From Nemertoderma westbladi (taxonomy: Eukaryota > Animalia > Xenacoelomorpha), in the NCBI GenBank assembly GCA_032718475.1, contig JAUCBJ010003571.1:34659-98658 (forward strand): DNA of 64,000 bases. Direction: 5' to 3'. Both the position numbers and the translations under genes were made by a program. Position 1 is the first letter of the stretch. Every line of letters begins with the position of its first letter. The notes under the pieces were generated by a model, which saw only the letters and a list, made by a program, of their open reading frames with translations, searched no databases and was not told the DNA's origin. Shown here one piece after another: positions 1 to 15,100 of the stretch.

Positions 1-133
1 TTGACACCGGTCCACTTGTAATCACCAACTGAACCAACAACCTCACAACTAGGATTGTCGGCGTAAGTACAACACTTTAGATCAATTTGTTCGTCTTTTT
101 GCACTAATAGTTTATTTGGATCAATAACAATAT
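1..133 (-). CDS. Ig gene exon 19 (start of Ig domain 9; runs off window)
   Basis: Acceptor TTTCAG; IVIDPNKLLVQKDEQIDLKCCTYADNPSCEVVGSVGDYKWTGV. Confidence 0.85.
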
Positions 134-3100
134 CTGAAACGAAAAATAAATTAATGTACATCATTCAATTTCAAATCATATTTTCATATTCATATAGTAA
201 TATTGTAATTTTTGGATGGCAGTATTGTTTCGTAGTGGAGGGTGGTGACGGGGTTGCTACTGTTTAGGCTACATTAGTATTTTACTGATAGTTCATATGT
301 AAAATAATAAATCGTAGGCATATACTAGCTACTGTAAGGGCCACCTCACCACTAGCTACTGTAAGGGCCACCTCACCACTAGCTACTGTAAGGGCCACCT
401 CACCACTAGCTACTGTAAGGGCCACCTCACCACTAGCTACTGTAAGGGCCACCTCACCACACGATGTAACATTTGAGTTATAAACTTGGTTCACACCCAC
501 GAGAAACTTAGGCAACTGGTATTGGCATTCTATATTTTTTTATAAATTTATAGCTAAATATACTTGAGGAACGAAATTTGCTCATGTTATGTAAGGAGGC
601 CTGCAAAATGAAACAAGTTTCATAGTGAAATTTGTTTTTTGTAGTTAATCTCCACATTTAAACAAGCGCCATAAAACCCGTTGGACTGATATTCATAATA
701 CAAAATAATTAATCTACAGTAACTACTATATATATGTAGTTTGGTAGGTTCCTGAGTAAATCTACATATTATTTGATTATAGAATAATGGCTGTTGAGCC
801 ATAATGCCATAAAGTATTTGATCACTAACTGATTTTCTTCATAGTGAGTGGATCAGTCTCTAAAACGCTAGGAGATCCACCGCTGATCTCGATTTTACAT
901 TTATATGGGACGTTAAATGGTACGAGATCATCTTTATGTACTTGGGAATCAGCGCCGTTAGCTGATTCTTCTGCTATCCCTGTTGAATCTCCTGGAAGTG
1001 ATAAATGATTTTGCTATTTCAAGAATTATATATACTATTACGATATATATAAAATGTTTCATTAATCATTTACTTACAATAAATATTGATTTGAATATAA
1101 CAAATATATAGTAAATATTTTGAGCGATTTTTGTAGGTATTCTGATTATGATGTTTATACAGTATGAAATATATCTGATTAGGTTGGCTATTATTGATAT
1201 TATTTAACAAAAAAGTTTAGCTTATGGAGTTGTATAATTATTTTAATTTTTCATAATCGCTAGTACTGCGTACACTAGTGCTAATTTAGTGGAAATCTAC
1301 TAACGGTAGATGGTAACAGTAAACGGATCATTGGAACTGGTGCGAGCAGAGCAGGTAACCCGAATTTGATCTCCAGCAGCCATATTGCCCGCAGTGTTTA
1401 CTGGAACTATACCGTTAGTAATGGGGGCAGCTGTAGCGGGGTTTGCATCCTCAGCTGTGTCAGCTGGTATAACATTTATACTCAATAGTAATTCAACAAC
1501 TCTGCAATTCATTAATCAAATTTAGCAGCTAAGTTAATCCACAATAAAACTGACTATGTTCGTGTAGCTGGTACCCAAACAATCATAAATCATACTAATT
1601 TATAGGATCGATTCAGAATCACTCTTCACCATAATGTGGGTAAACTCCCAACGGCTGCCATCGCAGAACTGATAACTAAATGTAGCGACATCTGATTAAA
1701 TGGACTTGTTATATTAAATTAAATTAAACTAAAAGAGGTAAACTTTAAGAGTCTTTCAAGTCTTTCACAAAAAACATCGTACTTGGGGTCAGCATATGCG
1801 TGATCTTGTTCTTATGCAACCCAAGGGCGAGTGGTCAGCCATTGGCAATCCTGAAACATTTCTGCTAAAGGACACTAGTCAATCACATCCCTGAGCTGAT
1901 CAGAAACGGCAGTTGTGTTTCTTTGTGGTGGAAAAACTTTTCCGAATTTTTTATTTTTATTATTAACAACATATAGTGCATTATGTACCATCCAATACTC
2001 ACATGATCGATTTAGCCACACTCTCAAGTGTTTTGGTTCCAGAATCAGCTGTTTTTATGGCGCATTTGTAAGATGTTGGTGTATTTAGCCCAGCAGGTTC
2101 CGGTAAGAAGTTTGTATTAGCGCTCGCTGCTTTCACCACAGTATCATCAGCTGTCATCCAAATATACTCCGCAGTGGTAGCTATATGATAAGATATTTCA
2201 GTGATTTAATTAAACCGTGCTAAGCACGATAAACTGGAGCTCTATTCGCCCCCTAGCGGCATGCAGCCGTGCTAAGCACGATAAACTGGAGCTCTATTCG
2301 CCCCCTAGCGGCATGCAGATGACTGTAAAAGTCTGTCTGTGTGTAGAATTCCTAATTAAGCCGTGCTAAGCACGATAAACTGGAGCTCTATTCGCCCCCA
2401 AGCGGCATGCAGATGACTGTAAAAGTCTGTCTGTGTGTAGAATTCCTAATTAAGCCGTGCTAAGCACGATAAACTGGAGCTCTATTCGCCCCCTAGCGGC
2501 ATGCAGATGACTGTAAAAGTCTGTCTGTGTGTAGAATTCCTAATTAAGCCGTGCTAAGCACGATAAACTGGAGCTCTATTCGCCCCCTAGCGGCATGCAG
2601 ATGACTGTAAAAGTCTGTCTGTGTGTAGAATTCCTAATTAAGCCGTGCTAAGCACGATAAACTGGAGCTCTATTCGCCCCCTAGCGGCATGCAGATGACT
2701 GTAAAAGTCTGTCTGTGTGTAGAATTCCTAATTAAGCCGTGCTAAGCACGATAAACTGGAGCTCTATTCGCCCCCTAGCGGCATGCAGATGACTGTAAAA
2801 GTCTGTCTGTGTGTAGAATTCCTAATTAAGCCGTGCTAAGCACGATAAACTGGAGCTCTATTCGCCCCCTAGCGGCATGCAGATGACTGTAAAAGTCTGT
2901 CTGTGTGTAGAATTCCTAATTAAGCCGTGCTAAGCACGATAAACTGGAGCTCTATTCGCCCCCTAGCGGCATGCAGATGACTGTAAAAGTCTGTCTGTGT
3001 GTAGAATTCCTAATTAAGCCGTGCTAAGCACGATAAACTGGAGCTCTATTCGCCCCCTAGCGGCATGCAGATGACTGTAAAAGTCTGTCTGTGTGTAGAA

Positions 3101-6100
3101 TTCCTAATTAAGCCGTGCTAAGCACGATAAACTGGAGCTCTATTCGCCCCCTAGCGGCATGCAGATGACTGTAAAAGTCTGTCTGTGTGTAGAATTCCTA
3201 ATTAAGCCGTGCTAAGCACGATAAACTGGAGCTCTATTCGCCCCCTAGCGGCATGCAGATGACTGTAAAAGTCTGTCTGTGTGTAGAATTCCTAATTAAG
3301 CCGTGCTAAGCACGATAAACTGGAGCTCTATTCGCCCCCTAGCGGCATGCAGATGACTGTAAAAGTCTGTCTGTGTGTAGAATTCCTAATTAAGCCGTGC
3401 TAAGCACGATAAACTGGAGCTCTATACGCCCCCTAGCGGCATGCAGATGACTGTAAAAGTCTGTCTGTGTGTAGAATTCCTAATTAAGCCGTGCTAAGCA
3501 CGATAAACTGGAGCTCTATTCGCCCCCTAGCGGCATGCAGATGACTGTAAAAGTCTGTCTGTGTGTAGAATTCCTAATTAAGCCGTGCTAAGCACGATAA
3601 ACTGGAGCTCTATTCGCCCCCTAGCGGCATGCAGATGACTGTAAAAGTCTGTCTGTGTGTAGAATTCCTAATTAAGCCGTGCTAAGCACGATATACTGGA
3701 GCTCTATTCGCCCCCTAGCGGCATGCAGATGAACTGTAAAAGTCTGTCTGTGTGTAGAATTCCTAATTAAGCAATGCTTGTAGGTTACTATTTCCTAGTT
3801 CCAAACAGTCAACAATCTACCAATGCAGGTTTAGTGTCTGGTGGCCGCGATAGTAACAAACATTATTTATCTCATAGTTTCTCTTCTACTCATGATTTGT
3901 AATAATTTCAGCTACAGTAGTTATGAGGAACGTTGAGGGAAAATTGAGGTGAGGGTACCTCAACACCGTATTATCCATCAGTCGACTGGCCTTGCGGAGG
4001 TCTCAGTAAAAATCGTAATAAGTCTAGTGGCAAAAGCGGATGATGGGCGAATCGATTCGGAAATATTTATCAGGGGGATTCTAGAATTATGCAATACACG
4101 TATTTATGGCCGTTCTCCAGCGCAGATGTGTAAGGCCATCCACTCCGGTAGCAACTGCCCCTCCATTATCGTGCATTCGATAAGACCTGGCAAACAGAGG
4201 CAAAAACAGCCGATGAAGCTGCTTGGCGAGAAACGCACATGCTTTAACCAAATTGGACCCTGGAACCAAGGTGCTTTTCCAGAACCCTGGAACAAAGCAC
4301 TGGTCAAAGATAGGAGTTGTGCTGGTGAGGGGAGGTAGGCGCGATTGTCAACTCAAACTCCCATCCAGACGAGTTTATCGCCGGAACAGACGGTTTCACT
4401 GCCCACTACTTCAAACAGAAACCAGTACCTACCAACAATCTCCCACACCAAATCTATCTTCACCTTCACCCACTACCTTATTGACTGAAGTTGAACCGAA
4501 AGTGATGCAGTACAAGAGTTAGAAAACCGGTGGTGCGATTTACAGTCTAATTGAAATTGTTTCAGTTTCGCAAGTTGCCATCTCAATTCTCGGTAAGGGA
4601 GATGATAGGATCTTAATTAACTGTATACTGTATAATGGTGATGGTCAATATAATACACATATATATAATTGTACATGACGTGTATACAATTACATTGCTT
4701 ACACATTGTATCTGATTGAACATTACATTACTGTTATCTCTCACACTGTGTTATTTATTTATTATGTATCATGACTACTACAAAGTTCCTGAATGTCAAA
4801 CCCTCGATCAAAATTTTTTAATTTATGTTGCTGTTTGACCTCAAACGTGACGTTAGCGCTGTTCCCCTCTTCTCCATTAATCAGCTAAGAAAAAGTAATA
4901 TTTGGCTGTTATCTAACCTGCTGGCGCTATTGTCACATCGCAGGTGAGGGCACTGACCGAATTCCCCATACGGATGACATTGTCCCCAGTTACTGTAATT
5001 GCGGTCACCTTGGATAATGTCCGTGTGACTGACCGAATTCCTTGATCTACGCTTCCTACAGCGACCAACTTAGCCGCACAGTAATATTTACCAGTCGCAG
5101 ATGTAGAATAGATCTAGAAGAAATAAAACAACCCCTTAACCCTATTAGTACCGGGCTATAAAATGTTGTACAAATACCGGGACGGGGTCATATTGACCCC
5201 CCCCCCCCCCCCCCCGCCTCTAAAATCTACAAATTTTTACTGATTTTTTGTTTGTACGTAGGTATCACTAGTCTGGATCCGACCGAAAAAAAAAATTTTC
5301 GAAAAAATGGACTGGGATGGTTATATAGCAGCACCAAAATTACAAGTAGTGCACAATTTTCACAAAATTTGAAAGTTACATTTTTCGGCTAATTGTTTTT
5401 CAATACAGGTTTTCTGGGGCGGAAAATACATTGGAATATATTTAAAAATGATATGATTACTATAAATGGCTGTTTAGTCCTCTCTGCGTAGGAAAAAAAT
5501 GAATAAAACAAGTAACCAGCACTTTTCAGTTAGAACACAAAATTTTTAATTCACTTATACGATGCTATAAATTCACATTTTCAGGTTTTCTAGGGCGCTG
5601 ATTCTAATGGAATACATTTCTAATATGCCAGATCATTGCTACTTGTATTTTTCGGCGTAATTAGGCAAATTTTGGTGCTAGCACCAAATTTCGTACCCAT
5701 CACCAAAAAGTACAAGTTTGCGATGTCCAGTGCTGTTTTTATTGATTCCATCGGATTCAGGACACTCATAAACCCGTATAACGCGAGAAACAAGATGATA
5801 CTATCTCCTGATCAATTTGCTTATTTTCCAAAATTTGGTGCTGGCACAACAATTTTCACCCACCGGCAAAATATACAAGTTTGAAAACTTTTTGAAAATT
5901 TTTTACTGATTCCATTGAATTCAGAACCCTCAAAAACCCCTATAACGCAAGAAACAAGGTGACACAATCAATTTATATATTTGATGGCTTTCAAAATTTG
6001 GTGCTAGCACCACATTTTGCACCCACTTCCGAAAAATACAAGTTTGAGATGTCTAGTTTGATAATTATATATTCCATTGAATTCAGAACAGCTATAAACC

Positions 6101-9100
6101 TCTAAAACGCAAGAAATAAATTGACACAAGCAATTTTATCTATTGAATGGATTTTCAAAATTTCGTGCTAGCACCAAAATTTGCACACAGCACCGAAAAA
6201 TACAAGTTCGATACGCTTGGTGCAACTCGTATATATTTCGTCGAAACCAGAACACCAAAAAACCCCAATTGCGTAAAAAACAAGTTTCAAACAATCAATT
6301 TACAAAATTGACATATTTCAAAATTTGGTGATGGCACCAAAAATTGGCACCCGCCGAAAAAAACAAGTTTGAAATTTCTAAATCAATTTATATGAATTCC
6401 ATCCAATTGCTAACACCAAAAAACCGGTGTAAATAAAAAATATACATGTTTCAATTCATATTTAATGAAATATAATTTTCTAAAAACGTCTCAAAAAAAG
6501 AGCCAAAAGTAGGGTTAAAAAATGATGCTATAACTCGAAAACTACCCATTGTTTTAGAAAACGGTTTTTACTACTAGGAAGACAATAGATTTTTAGGAAA
6601 AGTCATAAAATTTCAGATTCCCAACTGAGTTTGTTTCAGAATTATAATAAAAAAACCACGGGGGGGTCATATTGACCCCCCCCCCCCCCCACCGGGTTTA
6701 ATATGGTTAATATAAATATAAACTTTATTATATTTTGTTATCTTTGTTACTATTTATAAAGGTGCCTACTGTACTTACTTTAATAATGAATATATTACCT
6801 TTCTTACTATTTAAAAAGGTGCCTAGTGTACTTACTTTAATAATGAATATATTACACTTTGTTACTATTTATAAAGGTGCCTACTGTACTTACTTTAATA
6901 ATGAATATATTAACTTTGTTACTATTTATAAATGTGCCTATTGTACTTACTTTAATAATGAATATATTACCTTTGTTACTATTTATAAAGGTGCCTACTG
7001 TACTTACTTTAATAATGAATATATTAACTTTGTTACTATTTATAAAGGTGCCTACTGTACTTACTTTAATAATGAATATATTACCTTTGTTACTATTTAT
7101 AAAGGTGCCTACTGTACTTACTTTAATAATGAATATATTACCTTTGTTACTATTTATAAAGGTGCCTATGTACTTACTTTAATAATGAATATATTACCTT
7201 TGTTACTATTTATAAAGGTGCCTATTGTACTTACTTTAATAATGAATATATTAACTTTGTTACTATTTATAAAGGTGCCTACTGTACTTACTTTAATAAT
7301 GAATATATTACCTTTGTTACTATTTATAAAGGTGCCTAGTGTACTTACTTTAATAATGAATATATTACCTTTGTTACTATTTATAAAGGTGCCTACTGTA
7401 CTTACTTTAATAATGAATATATTACCTTTGTTACTATTTATAAAGGTGCCTACTGTACTTACTTTAATAATGAATATATTACCTTTGTTACTATTTATAA
7501 AGGTGCCTATGTACTTACTTTAATAATGAATATATTACCTTTGTTACTATTTATAAAGGTGCCTACTGTACTTACTTTAATAATGAATATATTACCTTTG
7601 TTACTATTTATAAAGGTGCCTAGTACTTACTTTAATAATGAATATATTACCTTTGTTACTATTTATAAAGGTGCCTATGTTACTTACTTTAATAATGAAT
7701 ATATTACCTTTGTTACTATTTATAAAGGTGCCTACTGTACTTACTTTAATAATGAATATATTACCTTTGTTACTATTTATAAAGGTGCCTACTGTACTTA
7801 CTTTAATAATGAATATATTACCTTTGTTACTATTTATAAAGGTGCCTACTGTACTTACTTTAATAATGAATATATTACCTTTGTTACTATTTATAAAGGT
7901 GCCTACTGTACTTACTTTAATAATGAATATATTACCTTTGTTACTATTTATAAAGGTGCCTATGTACTTACTTTAATAATGAATATATTACCTTTGTTAC
8001 TATTTATAAAGGTGCCTATTGTACTTACTTTAATAATGAATATATTACCTTTGTTACTATTTATAAAGGTGCCTACTGTACTTACTTTAATAATGAATAT
8101 ATTACCTTTGTTACTATTTATAAAGGTGCCTACTGTACTTATTTAATAATGAATATATACCTTTGTTACTATTTATAAAGTGCCTAGTACTTACTTTAAT
8201 AATGAATATATTACCTTTGTTACTATTTATAAAGGTGCCTACTGTACTTACTTTAATAATGAATATATTACCTTTGTTACTATTTATAAAGGTGCCTACT
8301 GTACTTACTTTAATAATGAATATATTACCTTTGTTACTATTTATAAATGTGTCTACTACTGTACTTATTTTAATAATGAATATATTACCTTTGTTACTAT
8401 TTATAAAGTGCCTATGTACTTACTTTAATAATGAATATATTACCTTTGTTACTATTTATAAAGGTGCCTACTGTACTTACTTTAATAATGAATATATTAC
8501 CTTTGTTACTATTTATAAAGGTGTGTACTACTAAAGAAATATTCTTTGTTACATTTATAATGCTTGTTTATTTAATAATGAATATATTACCTTTGTTACT
8601 TTATAGGTTATGTACTTATTTAATAATGAATATATTACCTTTGTTACTATTTATAAAGGTGCCTATGTACTTACTTTAATAATGAATATATTACCTTTGT
8701 TACTATTTATAAAGGTGCCTACTGTACTTACTTTAATAATGAATATATTACCTTTGTTACTATTTATAAAGGTGCCTACTGTACTTACTTTAATAATGAA
8801 TATATTACCTTTGTTACTATTTATAAAGGTGCCTACTGTACTTACTTTAATAATGAATATATTACCTTTGTTACTATTTATAAAGGTGCCTACTGTACTT
8901 ACTTTAATAATGAATATATTACCTTTGTTACTATTTATAAAGGTGCCTACTGTACTTACTTTAATAATGAATATATTACCTTTGTTACTATTTATAAAGG
9001 TGCCTACTGTACTTACTTTAATAATGAATATATTACCTTTGTTACTATTTATAAAGGTGCCTACTGTACTTACTTTAATAATGAATATATTACCTTTGTT

Positions 9101-12100
9101 ACTATTTATAAAGGTGCCTACTGTACTTACTTTAATAATGAATATATTACCTTTGTTACTATTTATAAAGGTGCCTACTGTACTTACTTTAATAATGAAT
9201 ATATTACCTTTGTTACTATTTATAAAGGTGCCTACTGTACTTACTTTAATAATGAATATATTACCTTTGTTACTATTTATAAAGGTGCCTACTGTACTTA
9301 CTTTAATAATGAATATATTACCTTTGTTACTATTTATAAAGGTGCCTACTGTACTTACTTTAATAATGAATATATTACCTTTGTTACTATTTATAAAGGT
9401 GCCTACTGTACTTACTTTAATAATGAATATATTACCTTTGTTACTATTTATAAAGGTGCCTACTGTACTTACTTTAATAATGAATATATTACCTTTGTTA
9501 CTATTTATAAAGGTGCCTATGTACTTACTTTAATAATGAATATATTACCTTTGTTACTATTTATAAAGGTGCCTACTGTACTTACTTTAATAATGAATAT
9601 ATTACCTTTGTTACTATTTATAAAGGTGCCTACTGTACTTACTTTAATAATGAATATATTACCTTTGTTACTATTTATAAAGGTGCCTACTGTACTTACT
9701 TTAATAATGAATATATTACCTTTGTTACTATTTATAAAGGTGCCTACTGTACTTACTTTAATAATGAATATATTACCTTTGTTACTATTTATAAAGGTGC
9801 CTACTGTACTTACTTTAATAATGAATATATTACCTTTGTTACTATTTATAAAGGTGCCTACTGTACTTACTTTAATAATGAATATATTACCTTTGTTACT
9901 ATTTATAAAGGTGCCTACTGTACTTACTTTAATAATGAATATATTACCTTTGTTACTATTTATAAAGGTGCCTACTGTACTTACTTTAATAATGAATATA
10001 TTACCTTTGTTACTATTTATAAAGGTGCCTATTGTACTTACTTTAATAATGAATATATTACCTTTGTTACTATTTATAAAGGTGCCTACTGTACTTACTT
10101 TAATAATGAATATATTACCTTTGTTACTATTTATAAAGGTGCCTACTGTACTTACTTTAATAATGAATATATTACCTTTGTTACTATTTATAAAGGTGCC
10201 TACTGTACTTACTTTAATAATGAATATATTACCTTTGTTACTATTTATAAAGGTGCCTACTGTACTTACTTTAATAATGAATATATTACCTTTGTTACTA
10301 TTTATAAAGGTGCCTACTGTACTTACTTTAATAATGAATATATTACCTTTGCCTCTTGATTGTTTACAGCATTGGCATCTTTGTACCATTCGTATTTGAG
10401 TACGGGGTTGTTGTCAGCAGCGCGATCATTTATAACGCTCTCTACAATGTCACAATGGAGTGGAGGATATGAATCCGCATTTTCAATTAGGAAATTATCG
10501 GTATTCGCCACGGTTAGCTTGTTCTCGTCAGTTGATGCTGTAATTCCACAATGGTAATCAATTATATGCTAAACACGAGTGTGTTTGTGAATTGTTGCTA
10601 AATAATTAATGAATTTGCGATATGAGGCTTCAAAAAATGGGTCAGTACAATGCCCCCCCCCCCCTAAATTCACCTCGGATAAACAAGGATATATTTTGGT
10701 ACTTACTTAGAAGAATGGCCTACATTCGGCCAAAAATAATTCCGCTGCCTATTACGTGGCAGCTGATTAGGTATTACCCAGATTCCTACGTGCATGTTCT
10801 GCTCAACTTTTTAAAAGTCAACCTGAAAATATTTGGTCTCTTATGAGAATAATTCTACTGGGGAAAAGTGTTTTTAGCAGATAAGAATTCGCCCATGTGA
10901 AGAATACCAGGATTTCACTTTTCGGTCGACTTTTTATTGGAATTTAATATATGAATATTTTTTATTTTTTTTTAATTTATCTTTATTAAGTGTTTTATAG
11001 CGCTTATTTCTGTCTTATAACCTGTACATATACTAATTTGTTTTTTGTTTTGGTTAGATTCAGCACTTCTGTAACCTGTGTTTTTGGTGAAAACCTGGTA
11101 TTATTCACATGGGTGTAACTGCAAAGTTAAATATAACGGCAGAAAGTCTGGTATTATTCACATGGGCTTAAGAATTAGTGGTTTAGTGTTTGTTAGTACA
11201 ACACATAGAAAAACCTCTAATAATAAATATACTTAATAAATCTAAGTCCGAACAAAACTTTAATATAATTGGTTTTACATACTACATGTACCTTAATTTA
11301 ATTTAACTTAACTTACTACCAAGGGGGGGGGGGGGGGGGGGGCATTTTTCACCAAAAAGTCGAATTTTTGAAACATATCCTGTCGGTAAAGGATATCGGT
11401 AAAGGAGATGAAGTTTGGGGTTTGCATTCAATTTCTGCAAATTTATGTGCTCAGTGGTGCCAATTGGATGTCTCCACGAGAAAGAGCACAAAATTTTAAT
11501 TGAGAAGGTATTTTTTTTATGGTTATTGGACCTACTTGTCAGTTTATAAGACAACTTCAATTCTCCAGAATAAAGACGGGACTCGAATAAGCGTCTCTGC
11601 GGTCTTTGCCGGAGCAACATAACATGAAATTGGGTAAAATATGCCTTGCAAATTTTGTTCAAGTTATGAATGCTCAGGCAGCTTTCAAGAGTTTGCTAAA
11701 CCAAATTGTAACTTTGGTCTCTTAGAAAAGAGCTTTCGAAGGAGCCCAAAACGAACTACGTACGACCACTAGAACTGGAGATTATACATTTTGAAGATCT
11801 CCGATGACCGATAAGTCTATTCCATGTAATCACGCAAAGACCGCAGAGTCCCGTCTTCATTCCGGAGACTTGAAGTTGTCTTATAAACTGACCAGTAGGT
11901 CTAATAATCATAAAAAAATACCTTCTCAATTAAAATGTTGTGCTCTTTCTCGTGGAGACATCCAATTGGCACCACTGAGCCCATAAATTTGCAGAAATTG
12001 AATGCAAACCCCAAACTTCATCTCCTTTACCGATATCGCGATATATCGGCGCCAGTATCTTCTACCCCAAATACCCCGAAAACTAAGCAAGATATGGGAA

Positions 12101-15100
12101 AACGGTTTCCATATTTGGATTCAGCATGAAATTCTGCATCTGATAGGATATGTTTCAAAAATTCCACTTTTGGTCAGAAAATGCGCTACCCCCCCCCCCC
12201 CCCCCCCCACCCCCCTTAATTTAATTGGATACTACCTTATCAAAGGGAAGATTATATTTAAAATGGCATATTTTGACTAACCTTTAAACATAAACAGAGG
12301 TTCTGATTGGCTGAATACTTCCGCCACTCGACAGGTGTATTGAGCAGATGTACCGAAATCTGCATGCGGTATAATCTGGAACATTTTATTGTTTATCGAT
12401 CCAGGGAGAACATTGTCTGATCCAACACTCCCTGTCTCATGTTTATACCATCCGTATACCGTGACCCCTGTTTGCAAGTCCGGCAAGTTGCTTTGTTGAG
12501 GCTCGACATTGCACTGCATTATTACCGCAGTTGTACCGCCAACACGTATAAGTTGACCAGGAGAAAACCGAATTTCTGCAAATTTTATTGGCATGAGAAT
12601 TATAAACGCAACAATACGAGTACATTGTAAACACTGTACAGTAAATTGAAATATTTAGTGCAAAATTGAGGGCACGCGCATGAGAGGGGAATGGTGTACA
12701 TGTATGGTGCAAAATTATCAATTGGTATATTGATGTCCACATATGCGTTACATGTTCAAACAAAAACAGGTAGGGGAAAGAAATACAACAATTTAGTTAT
12801 GGTAAAAAACAACATAACCCAAATTGTGCATAAACTTGCACGATATGTAAATATTAAATAATTATTATGGATTTCATTAATATGGATTCGATTGAATGTA
12901 ACGTGTCTCTAATTAGAGATGATATATATACAAGCGGAGATTTAGTATTTTACAATTTCTATGGATTTTCTTTCATATGGTTTTCATTAGAATATAGACT
13001 GATCCCTCATTAAATCGTCTCATTAACTCATCATATTTGTACAATACTCACCGATAAGTTGCAGAGTAAATGATTCGCTCATAACATTCTGCCGGATAGT
13101 AACTCCTGGGGTTTCGGCCAGCGCCAGAGCGTTTACACTACACGAATAATATGCGGCTGCACTAATTTCGGAGACATCCACAGAATAAGTGGCTGAAACA
13201 GCTGAACCAATTTCAGTGCTGTCTTTAAACCTGAAAAGAAAGAAATTTGATATATATACTTCAACTTTAATTTGAATTGAGCTCTGGAAACTTTTGTCCA
13301 GTACGAAATTTGCTTGGTTTCCTTGACAATTAATTGTTCGTCTATTAATTACAAAAATATTCATTAATTTTTAATTATTAAAATATAAATTATAAACTAT
13401 AAAATTTAATATTATATAAAATATAAATTATAATATATGTAAAATATAATATAGAAAATATGTTTCCATTAAAAACAATAATAATGATAGTAATAAATTT
13501 AAGAGAAAAATGAACTCATTCTTTATGTGAAAATCATTGTAGGTTCTTGTATTTTATATTAATGTTAGACAATTACAGGTTTATATACATGGATTATTTA
13601 TTATTAGGGAATGAATAATGAAAACATATATTTACAAAGATTATTTATAGGACGTTACGAGTTTCGAAAGGTGCGAATAGTAGCATCTGTATTGGAAATG
13701 ATTACTGCTAATGATCTTCGGCATTTTTGTCATCATTGTTTTCATTTATATTACTTTACTTAACGCTAAAATAATGTTGTATCATACTACCAACAACATT
13801 TTTTCTCACCATTTATATGCAGTATTGGTCTTCAGACCAACTGAATCACCAGAACTGCTCATAATCATATCAGTGGCGCATGTGAGTACAACCGGAGTGT
13901 TAGATGGTTTCAGTAGTATACTCTGAGTAGTTGGGCTGTCGCCAATCGTATTTGTTACTTTAGGTTTGCTTATCGCTAAATAAATTATATTAAATATATA
14001 AATAATTGTTTTTTTCATCAACATTCCACTAAATATATAAATATATTTAAAAACTAGATGTACTAGATTAGTATAATTATTTGTAGAAACAAATAAAGTT
14101 ATACAAAGCTCAAGTAGCTGTAGAAGAAGCTCAAGTAGCTGTAGAAGAAGCTCAAGTAGCTGTCCTCAATGTGAAGGCGAAGGGGGACCTTTGTATAAGT
14201 GAGGGGAAGGCATGGGCCGCAGTGAATGTTGAATTGGCTGTCCAGGATTTGGATTTCTGGCCTGATGTGGATGCGGATAATCTCTAGAAAGTCATGGGGG
14301 ATGGGGACTTAGGCGGTGCAATTTTCTCGACAAGCCAGCATAGAATTCTTAGTGCACTTGGTGCAATTAGTGCAATGAGGGCGAACTGGGTGCCTTGGCG
14401 TGTACTATAGCAATGTCGAAACACGCAAACCTCTGATTGGCTAATATTGACAGTGCGATACATAGAGAAATAATAAACACATAAGACGTTTATTGCAATT
14501 ATTAGTCAGGTATTACAACGATTTGTGGACCGCCTAAGCATATCTCACCTCTGATCTGCAATACTGATGAGACCTTCTTATCAACCACTTGACTATCGAA
14601 TTTTAGGATGGAGCATCTGTAAAAGCCCTTGCTGCCTGACGATACAATCGGAATTATAACTTTACTATTGGTTACAGATATCGCGCCGTTGGCACTGGTA
14701 GAAAGTATAGAGTAGGAGGAAGCTAAATCCTGAAAAGAAAGTTATTTATTTATATTTATTTGTGGTGTGTTATCTGCCTTATTGTAGGGCTCGCCCCATA
14801 CGACTGGATCAGCACGCAAATTACCATATTCACGTTAAAATTTGAACTATTGAAATAAATTTGAAGTAAATTTAATCAATAATTATTATTGTAAAGAATA
14901 GTTTTTTTTAACTTTCAATAAACACAACAACATTTTCAACAAAGACACCGTATCTCAATTTATATCACTCAAAAAAAATGCACGATAATTATTTCTACAA
15001 TGTGATAAATACCGCCAATTGCACCAACAACCTACTTTAGCAAGTCGTTAGACTTGAATACTGTAAGAAAACAAAGCTACTGACTACTGGCTACTGGCTA

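Noticed and set aside
282-515. 77-aa ORF with (GEVALTVAS)n
   Set aside because: Product of the 27-bp minisatellite within the intron between exons 18 and 19, which join in phase without it.
2214-3771. CRISPR-like appearance (regular repeat containing a palindrome)
   Set aside because: The intervening sequences are identical rather than unique spacers, there are no cas genes, and the context is a eukaryotic intron.
6735-10399. Long ORFs (MNILPLLLFIKVPTVLTLI)n and their antisense frames
   Set aside because: Artefacts of a 57-bp (3n) satellite inside an intron; broken by indels in several units.
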